Source of the DNA: a bacterium
GTDB taxonomy: Bacteria; Oederibacteriota; PGYV01; Palsa-1178
Assembly (NCBI GenBank): GCA_037138355.1
Contig: JBAXIL010000034.1
Location: 1-18,988, forward strand
DNA: 18,988 nt
Direction of reading: 5' to 3'
Shown here: one piece after another, positions 1 to 6,633 of the stretch
Position numbering within the stretch: the stretch's first letter is position 1
How the letters are laid out: each line of letters begins with the position of its first letter
The notes under the pieces: model-generated
The model's database searches: none
The model's input: the letters and a program-made list of their open reading frames with translations, nothing else
Told to the model about the DNA's origin: nothing
Program-made: the position numbers and the translations under genes

Positions 1-41
1 TTCACGTGCGGTTTCGTTCTGTCAAATTTCTGTTTTCCCAT
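1..41 (-). CDS. tuf: Elongation factor Tu, N-terminal fragment (continues off the left edge)
   Basis: Reverse complement from 41 reads ATG GGA AAA CAG AAA TTT GAC AGA ACG AAA CCG CAC GTG = MGKQKFDRTKPHV, the EF-Tu N-terminus. AGGAGG SD at 49-54. Lies downstream of tRNA-Thr(GGT), as in the common thrT-tuf arrangement. Not in the ORF track. Confidence 0.95.
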   Translation of the reverse strand, partial: MGKQKFDRTKPHV

Positions 42-220
42 TTTTCTTCCTCCTGATAAATATTTTTTTATATTTTATATTTTACTCATGCGTAACATTT
101 TTCTCCGCCAGCCAACTTTCGAAATCAAGAACAGAAAATAAACCGAAGTCGATTTTCTTATATATATCTCAATTTTTAATTGTCGACTTCTCGGTGAAAA
201 ATCGCTACGCAATTTTCCAC

Positions 221-298
221 TGGAGCCCACGATCGGAGTTGAACCGACGACCTCATCCTTACCAAGGATGCGCTCTCACCAAACTGAGCTACATGGGC
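221..298 (-). tRNA. thrT: tRNA-Thr (GGT), CCA encoded
   Basis: Reverse complement GCCCATG TAGCTCAGTTTGGTGAGAGC G CATCC-TTGGTAA-GGATG AGGTC GTCGG-TTCAACT-CCGAT CGTGGGC TCCA forms a full cloverleaf with anticodon GGT. Confidence 0.97.
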
Positions 299-443
299 AA
301 ACAAATAAAAAAAATGAAACCACAAAATAGAAAAACAACAAGCACACCTATCTTGGAGGCTCATTTAAATTTCAATTCTCTGTATTTCTCCATAAAAATA
401 TATATAAAAAATTAAACTCTACCATGAAATCAGTAGAGTATAA

Positions 444-472
444 AATTTAACAAAAACAAAGATATAAGTCAA
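444..472 (-). promoter_or_regulatory. Putative sigma70 promoter for thrT-tuf
   Basis: Minus strand TTGACT (472-467), 17 nt, TAAATT (449-444), with TG at the extended -10 position. Confidence 0.5.
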
Positions 473-736
473 GCAAATAATACTTAAAATTACAGATATT
501 TTCACTTTTCCATGGCATCCCACTGCAATTCAAATAAACCTCATATTTTATTGATGTTTTATACATTATTAAAATTGTTTAAATAGAGAATTTTGCAGAA
601 ATCTAACTGCTATGCAAGAATAATATCTTATTAAAAAAAATATACAATTAATTTCTATGTTATTATCCCCTGTTCTTAAGTACATTAACAGCTCTTTCAT
701 TTATTACATATAAAATATTATATATGATATAATTAT

Positions 737-1492
737 TTGTTTATTTTATCAGACGGCCCTTTGGCTAAAAAAAAGCAGGACAAATTGGATACAGAAGCAC
801 TGGCAGATTCCATTTACAAACTTCAAAAATTAAATAATTATAATAGGTGGATTTACGACAATATAAAATCCTACATAGGACATGACATACTCGAGATAGG
901 TTGTGGTATAGGAAATATGATTGATTATCTAATCTCCCCAGAAAGAAAAATAACTGGAATAGATATAGAAGAACGCTTTGTAAATGTGGCAAAAGAAAAA
1001 TACAAAGATAAATCAGATATTACCATAGTATCAGGAGATGTTCTAAATCCCATTCATGCTCTACCAGGAAAAAAATTTGATACAGTTGTGGTTTTGAATG
1101 TCTTAGAGCATATAGAAAAAGAACGCGATGCAATCAAATATATATATGATATGCTTCAGCCAAATGGCAGGGCTGTCATACTTGTACCCGCAATGAAATT
1201 TGCTTACGGTGAAATAGACTCGCAGGTTGGTCATCACAAAAGATATGAAAAGCCTGATATGACAGCACTATTTAATGATAATGGCTTTATAATAGAAAAA
1301 ATATTTTATATGAATTGGATTGGAGCACTCGGCTGGGCTTTTAATAGCAGAGTATTAAAAAGAAAATTGTTACCTGAATATCAGGCAAATATAATGAACT
1401 CAATACTGGTGCCAATAATAAAACCACTTGAATCCATCATCAAGCCACCTTTTGGACAGTCACTAATAACGATAGCCAGAAAGAACCCATAA
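737..1492 (+). CDS. Class I SAM-dependent methyltransferase (true start possibly TTG at 761)
   Basis: Motif I ILEIGCGIG, acidic GIDIE, FDTVVVLNVLEHI, LQPNG, and the VPA...D..VGHHKRY segment typical of cell-envelope-associated methyltransferases. TGATATAAT at 725-733 favours a start downstream of 737. Confidence 0.88.
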   Translation: MFILSDGPLAKKKQDKLDTEALADSIYKLQKLNNYNRWIYDNIKSYIGHDILEIGCGIGNMIDYLISPERKITGIDIEERFVNVAKEKYKDKSDITIVSGDVLNPIHALPGKKFDTVVVLNVLEHIEKERDAIKYIYDMLQPNGRAVILVPAMKFAYGEIDSQVGHHKRYEKPDMTALFNDNGFIIEKIFYMNWIGALGWAFNSRVLKRKLLPEYQANIMNSILVPIIKPLESIIKPPFGQSLITIARKNP

Positions 1493-1526
1493 AAAAAACC
1501 ACGGATTCTCACCCGTGGTTTTTTTT
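1491..1526. terminator. Bidirectional intrinsic terminator between the methyltransferase and typA
   Basis: A8-CCACGG-attctcac-CCGTGG-T8 between convergent genes. Confidence 0.85.
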
Positions 1527-1565
1527 ATTTTTTTCTATAACTTATTTAAATCGTCCAAAAAATTG

Positions 1566-3386
1566 TTAATTCATATTCTGTATTTCTATAGTCGCTCTTT
1601 TTCTTTTATTCGCATCAAGAACTTTTTTTCTCATTCTTATATTTGAAGGTGTTATTTCAAGTAACTCGTCATCTGCAATATATTCCATTGCCTGCTCCAA
1701 AGAAAACTTACGTGGTGTTTCAAGTCTAATAGCAGCATCTGTTCCTGTTGATCTCATATTTGACATTTTTTTCTCTTTACATATATTGATAACCATATCG
1801 CCTTCGCGACTATTTTCTCCGGCTATCATTCCAGCATATACATCAGCCCCAGAATCAATAAAGAATTTTCCTCTATCTTGTAATTTATCCATAGCATACG
1901 CTACTGATACGCCTTCTTCCATAACCACGAGCACGCCTCTCGTTCTTGTAGGAACTTCTCCGCGGTATGGTCCATATTCATGGAAGCTATGATTGATTAT
2001 ACCTGTTCCGCGTGTCTCAGTCATGAATTCATTTCTGAATCCCAAAAGACCTCTGGTAGGAACCATAAATTCAAGTCTGGTATAACCGTCATTACCCTGA
2101 ACCATATTTGTCATGGTTCCTTTTCTAACACCCATTTTTTCTATTACAGTTCCCACAAAATCATTTGATACATCTATTATACAATGTTCGATAGGCTCAA
2201 GCTTCTCGCCTTTTTTTTCATGAAATATTACTTCAGGTTTTGAAACCTGTAGTTCAAATCCTTCGCGACGCATATTTTCTATAAGTATGCCAAGCTGCAT
2301 CTCGCCTCTTCCTTTTACTATAAATGTATCCTGCGTTTCTCCGTCTTCAACTATGATACTCACATTGGTCTGGAGTTCTTTGTCAAGTCTTTCCCTTATA
2401 TTACGGGAAGTAACAAACTTTCCTTCACGCCCAGCAAATGGAGAATTGTTTACAATAAATCTCATGGACATAGTAGGTCTGTCGATATCTATGGTAGGAA
2501 GCTCGACAGGATTTTCTTTGTCAGCAACTGTCTCGCCTACATCTATGGTATCCATACCTGCTATAGTGACTATATCTCCTGCCTCAGCTTCTTTTACTTC
2601 GGACTTTACCATACCTTCAAAAACAAATAACTTGGTAACTTTATGTAGTAATCTCGTGCCATCTCTTTTCATAAGTACAACTTCATCACCCTGCTTTATT
2701 CTTCCGTGACAAATTTTACCAGTTCCAAGTTTTCCAAGATAATTATCATAAGATATTGCCGATGTAAGAAACTGTAAAGGCTTATCCGCTTCTCCCATAG
2801 TATCTTCAACATGGTTAATTATCATTTCAAAAAGTGCGGTTAAATCCGTGTCAGTATCTTTCATATGATTTTTTGCTATGCCGTCTCTGGCTGATGCAAA
2901 TATAATAGGAAATTCCAGCTGATCATCCGCAGCATTTAATTCTACAAAAAGATCAAATACCATATTAACAACCTCATCTGGTCTGGCATTTGGTCTGTCT
3001 ATTTTATTAATAACCACGATAGGCATAAGCCCAAGTTCAAGTGATTTTTTTAGAACATATTTGGTCTGTGGCATTGTACCTTCATAAGCATCAACTACCA
3101 ACAGAACCGAGTCCACCATCTTCAAAATACGCTGTACTTCTCCACCAAAGTCCGCATGTCCAGGAGTATCTACTATATTAATTTTATAATCTTTATAATG
3201 AAAGGCTGCATTTTTTGAAAATATAGTTATACCTCTTTCTTTTTCAAGGTCATTAGAATCCATAACGCGTTCTTCAACTTTTTGATATGACTTAAATACG
3301 CCTGACTGCCTTAGCATAGCATCAACCAGTGTAGTCTTACCGTGGTCAACATGCGCCACTATTGCAATGTTCTTAATCTTTGCCAT
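1566..3386 (-). CDS. typA: Ribosome-associated translational GTPase TypA/BipA
   Basis: [81 protein letters not shown] and the BipA C-terminal domain. GAGGAG SD. Confidence 0.98.
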   Translation of the reverse strand: MAKIKNIAIVAHVDHGKTTLVDAMLRQSGVFKSYQKVEERVMDSNDLEKERGITIFSKNAAFHYKDYKINIVDTPGHADFGGEVQRILKMVDSVLLVVDAYEGTMPQTKYVLKKSLELGLMPIVVINKIDRPNARPDEVVNMVFDLFVELNAADDQLEFPIIFASARDGIAKNHMKDTDTDLTALFEMIINHVEDTMGEADKPLQFLTSAISYDNYLGKLGTGKICHGRIKQGDEVVLMKRDGTRLLHKVTKLFVFEGMVKSEVKEAEAGDIVTIAGMDTIDVGETVADKENPVELPTIDIDRPTMSMRFIVNNSPFAGREGKFVTSRNIRERLDKELQTNVSIIVEDGETQDTFIVKGRGEMQLGILIENMRREGFELQVSKPEVIFHEKKGEKLEPIEHCIIDVSNDFVGTVIEKMGVRKGTMTNMVQGNDGYTRLEFMVPTRGLLGFRNEFMTETRGTGIINHSFHEYGPYRGEVPTRTRGVLVVMEEGVSVAYAMDKLQDRGKFFIDSGADVYAGMIAGENSREGDMVINICKEKKMSNMRSTGTDAAIRLETPRKFSLEQAMEYIADDELLEITPSNIRMRKKVLDANKRKRATIEIQNMN

Positions 3387-3446
3387 TTCATCTCCTCAAA
3401 ACTATCATATTATTTACCGCATTTTGTAAGCGGTGTAGTACGCTTT

Positions 3447-3488
3447 AAAAAAAAATAACCCGGACTCCTTATGTGATTGAGCCCGGGT
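3447..3488 (-). terminator. Intrinsic terminator-like hairpin about 60 nt upstream of typA (possible attenuator)
   Basis: Minus strand ACCCGGGCTC-11 nt-GAGTCCGGGT (10 bp with one G-U) followed by TATTTTTTTTT. Confidence 0.75.
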
Positions 3489-3639
3489 AAAAGCAGAACT
3501 TCGAACCACTTCTAAAACAGTAACCTGTCTGGGTCTGTTCCAAAGCAAGTTCTTTTTCTACTTCTACCTCTCAACAAAACAAAAAATAAAACCACATCTT
3601 GAAGGTTGACTTACCTTGTATGTAAAACCTCTCTAAAGG

Positions 3640-3668
3640 ACTATAACAGATATGACTTATAAAAGCAA
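3640..3668 (-). promoter_or_regulatory. Putative sigma70 promoter of the typA leader
   Basis: TTGCTT (3668-3663), 17 nt, TATAGT (3645-3640), with extended TG. Confidence 0.6.
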
Positions 3669-3674
3669 GGTACT

Positions 3675-3917
3675 TTACTCTATATCAATAGTGTTTAAAT
3701 CTGTATCCTCAAGAAATTTTTTAAGTCCTGTAAGCTCTTCTTTATTTAAACTGATACCTTTTCCCATTTTTTTGCCATCAGTTGTCCATTGTCTAATATC
3801 CAGCTTTGGTTTTCTATCATTCCATGAAATTAAATTAATTTCTTTTGCCCAGCCCTTTGATTCCTGTCCAATTGTTCCTAATTTCTTTACTATTTCATAC
3901 TTAAAAAGTTCTGCCAT
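3675..3917 (-). CDS. YdbC family (PC4-like) ssDNA-binding protein
   Basis: KYEIVKKLG..GWAKEINLISWNDRKPKLDIRQW...KKMGKGISLNKEEL matches the YdbC/PC4-like consensus. GAGGT SD. Confidence 0.9.
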   Translation of the reverse strand: MAELFKYEIVKKLGTIGQESKGWAKEINLISWNDRKPKLDIRQWTTDGKKMGKGISLNKEELTGLKKFLEDTDLNTIDIE

Positions 3918-3940
3918 TTTCCACCTCTTCTATTAGTATT

Positions 3941-4468
3941 TTAAAATAAATCCATTTGTCTTGGTGCATGCTTCTTACCTGGATCATATTGAATGAAACC
4001 TTTTTCTAAATTAAACGATACAAAACCCAAAAACTGTTCCAAAAAAGATACAGCTTGGGGACTTATTTTATACTTCATTTCAGTTATAAACCCCATAATA
4101 TTAGCTGGTACAGTTATTGCCTCAGCTTCTGAAAATATCTCAGGCTTATTTTCCTTGAGATAAACTATTGCCGCCTCCATAACCTGCAATCCTTCATGAG
4201 CATTAGCAATAGCTTCTGTCTTATCTTCATTTGCATTTGTATAATCGCCTGTTACAAACTCTACAAGATTTCCAGTAAAATACAAAAGAAAAGCACTACT
4301 TTCATCAGTTAATTTAGGATTATTTTTCTTAATATTTTCAAATATTGCTTCTGGAAGTTTTCCTATGCCAGTTTTAATAAATAACTCAGGATGAGCTTTC
4401 CTTATTTTAGGAATTGCCACGCCTATAAGTTTTAAACCGTTGAAAACAGCCTGAGCTTCTTTTCTCAT
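3941..4468 (-). CDS. Hypothetical protein with an internal tandem duplication and a C-terminal beta-clamp-binding-like motif (QMDLF)
   Basis: 175-aa ORF with GGAG SD and an upstream promoter-like sequence. Ungapped self-alignment at an 82-aa offset. Ends in QMDLF. Confidence 0.8.
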   Translation of the reverse strand: MRKEAQAVFNGLKLIGVAIPKIRKAHPELFIKTGIGKLPEAIFENIKKNNPKLTDESSAFLLYFTGNLVEFVTGDYTNANEDKTEAIANAHEGLQVMEAAIVYLKENKPEIFSEAEAITVPANIMGFITEMKYKISPQAVSFLEQFLGFVSFNLEKGFIQYDPGKKHAPRQMDLF

Positions 4469-4494
4469 TAAGTTCTCCCAAATTAGTTATTATT

Positions 4495-4522
4495 ATTTTA
4501 ATACTTACAATATTAAAGTCAA
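4495..4522 (-). promoter_or_regulatory. Putative promoter for the hypothetical-ydbC pair
   Basis: TTGACT (4522-4517), 16 nt, TAAAAT (4500-4495). Confidence 0.45.
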
Positions 4523-4540
4523 TAAATAATTTTTTGCTAT

Positions 4541-5620
4541 CTACCAACCCATAACAGGCTTTACTTTATCAACTAATTCTTGAGCTAAGCGTTTTGCAGC
4601 AGCTTCATTAGGATGCCAATCACAACCAAGTTCTTCTTCAGTCAATTTTGCCATATCAACCCTATAAACATTATTATCTTTAATTAATTCAAAAACTTTA
4701 ATTATAGAATTATTCAATTCTTGTGATTCAACTGGTCCCACACAACAAAATATACGCGCGACAGGATAATTAGATCTAACTTTTACAATTAATTCAGCAT
4801 AGGCCTTTACAAATACTTTTTCATCAGGAATTGGCTGGGCTGAGTAATCATTTGTACCAAGATTTATTACTACAACATCTGGTATCCATTCTTTGAAGTT
4901 CCATTTTATGTTTGCATCATTTTGCAATGTTCTGTCATAATAAATAGGTAGAGGTTCTGCAGAAACATTTGTTTTTTCTCCATAATTTTTAACTACCCCT
5001 CTTCCTGATATAGCAATTATTTGATATTCGGCATTTAAATTTCTTGCAGACACTGCACTAAATGCCTTCCAATTATTTTTAAACTCTCTTTCTGATGGAC
5101 AAGTAATACCTGGACCTTCTACTCCGAAACCTACCGTTATCGAATCCCCAATAAACTCCATTTTACGTTTGGGACGCTCAGGTGGTGGCAACAACTTTGC
5201 CCCCTTGTCCAAAAATAAGCCATTAAATACAGCCAAACCTTGATAACCCTCTGTACGCCTGGATAATATTAATGAATGCTTTCCAGCTGATAACTTTTCC
5301 GCCAGTTTATATTTATCAATACCTGCTTTAGTAACAAGCACTCCTGTTTGTTTTCCATCAATGAATATATTATAGTCATTATTACCATCGGTTAATGATG
5401 CCCCTATATACGAGCCTTCAAAGTTTACTGATATCAATATCCCTGGCCAATCAAAACGCACGACTTTTGACTTAGAAAAATCCACTCTGCCACTATATGT
5501 AATATTTACATCATTAGCAGGAATAAGAGAAGCAAAATGCGTCTGTAATAATTGAGTTCCACCAGTAAGCAATAGTGCCAAGATAATTATAGACAAAGAA
5601 ATTAAAATTAGTTTACTCAT
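4541..5620 (-). CDS. Secreted or anchored SGNH/GDSL hydrolase, carbohydrate esterase family 2-like
   Basis: N-terminal hydrophobic helix, CE2-type N-domain (YSGRV..FDWPG..RRTEG), EFIGDSITVGFG nucleophile block, VINLGTND, DWHPN. Confidence 0.88.
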   Translation of the reverse strand: MSKLILISLSIIILALLLTGGTQLLQTHFASLIPANDVNITYSGRVDFSKSKVVRFDWPGILISVNFEGSYIGASLTDGNNDYNIFIDGKQTGVLVTKAGIDKYKLAEKLSAGKHSLILSRRTEGYQGLAVFNGLFLDKGAKLLPPPERPKRKMEFIGDSITVGFGVEGPGITCPSEREFKNNWKAFSAVSARNLNAEYQIIAISGRGVVKNYGEKTNVSAEPLPIYYDRTLQNDANIKWNFKEWIPDVVVINLGTNDYSAQPIPDEKVFVKAYAELIVKVRSNYPVARIFCCVGPVESQELNNSIIKVFELIKDNNVYRVDMAKLTEEELGCDWHPNEAAAKRLAQELVDKVKPVMGW

Positions 5621-6023
5621 TACTATCTCCTTTTATGTTACTTTTCTTATCAACAATATTTTTCTTTGTATTTAGCTTTGCCATTTTCGCACCACGGCAA
5701 TATGTCGTAATATACTCCCAGTCCTTTTGGCTCTTAAGTACCCTATTCCAATATGGAAAGGTCTTACATTGAAGCGGTCTCACTGGATATATAATACACC
5801 TGCCATCTATAAGGAAGCAACAACCTTCAGCATCAAGTTTTAACACAGTTCCCAGAAACAAAAACCAATCAGTAAACTTTTTTTTAAAATCGGCTTTGCT
5901 TATTTCAAGATAGTCAATGATCGCTTTTGCCTCATCATTTTTTAAGAACACATATCCATCAACCCTACAACAATCTCCACATTTTTGGCATGTAAAATCT
6001 ATATCTTCTTTTTTTAATTTCAT
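5613..6023 (-). CDS. YkgJ family (CxxCxxCC) zinc/Fe-S cysteine-cluster protein
   Basis: FTCQKCGDCC, CCFLIDGRCIIYPVRPLQCKTFPYW, C-terminal CRG. Overlaps both neighbours. Confidence 0.9.
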   Translation of the reverse strand: MKLKKEDIDFTCQKCGDCCRVDGYVFLKNDEAKAIIDYLEISKADFKKKFTDWFLFLGTVLKLDAEGCCFLIDGRCIIYPVRPLQCKTFPYWNRVLKSQKDWEYITTYCRGAKMAKLNTKKNIVDKKSNIKGDSNE

Positions 6024-6517
6024 TAATTAGGTGTTCCTTTTTTTGTGAACTGTATTATCACTAAACCTATAAGTCCAAATAATATGGCCATATCTGCTAT
6101 ATTAAAAACACCAGTTCTTATATTCCCAATACCCACATTTAAAAAATCCGTCACATAGCCATTATGAATAATACGGTCATAAATATTGCTCATACCACCA
6201 CCAACAATATTGCACAATAGGAATAGTTCAAGTGTAGATATATTCTTTGCAACAAACAAAAAAATGAGAACTAAAGCCAAAACAATAACAGGAACTATTA
6301 TCATTATTATTGGTTTAATAGATTTATCAATATTTGAGCCCACGCTTAGAAAACCACCATTGTTTTCGGCATAAGTAATCACAAATAGATGATTTGCTAT
6401 GCTGATATCAGGTTTATCTTTAAAATGTGTTCTTGCATACTCTTTGCTTACCTGATCACAGCCTATGTTAACGGCAATAACAACAATGGCAAATAAAATC
6501 ATTAATATTTTTTTCAT
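6023..6517 (-). CDS. lspA: Lipoprotein signal peptidase II
   Basis: DQVSK, ENNGGFLS, GGGMSNIYDRI, VTDFL and GVFNIADMAI (both catalytic Asp present); four TM segments. Confidence 0.93.
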   Translation of the reverse strand: MKKILMILFAIVVIAVNIGCDQVSKEYARTHFKDKPDISIANHLFVITYAENNGGFLSVGSNIDKSIKPIIMIIVPVIVLALVLIFLFVAKNISTLELFLLCNIVGGGMSNIYDRIIHNGYVTDFLNVGIGNIRTGVFNIADMAILFGLIGLVIIQFTKKGTPN

Positions 6518-6523
6518 GGGAGC

Positions 6524-6551
6524 ATTATATCATTGAATAAAGGCAAAGCAA
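6524..6551 (-). promoter_or_regulatory. Putative promoter directly abutting the lspA start codon
   Basis: TTGCTT (6551-6546), 16 nt, TATAAT (6529-6524) with extended TG, then only 6 nt before ATG. Confidence 0.6.
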
Positions 6552-6633
6552 GGGATATATGAAACATGGAGAAGTTGAAAGATTTTTCACACAACAAAAA
6601 GCAATAGAAACAAACCTAATTACTAATACAATA

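Noticed and set aside
176..415. ORFs 176..364 (-) and 194..415 (+)
   Set aside because: Both overlap tRNA-Thr and are shadow translations of the tRNA.
1786..2709. Plus-strand ORFs inside typA, and similar antisense ORFs at 765, 3652, 6186, 8308, 9243, 12525, 13471, 13505, 13758 and 18218
   Set aside because: Antisense to well-supported genes, with no recognisable motifs.
3447..3633. T-box, 6S RNA or SRP RNA identity for the typA leader
   Set aside because: GAAGTGGTTCG only weakly resembles the T-box GGTGGNACC. There is no 5'-3' end pairing as in 6S RNA and no SRP GGAA-loop motif.
4469..4540. A second SOS box upstream of the clamp-motif gene or of dinB
   Set aside because: No GCAC-N4-GTGC-like dyad was found by eye here or in 12795-13048, so LexA control of the ydbC pair is unsupported.
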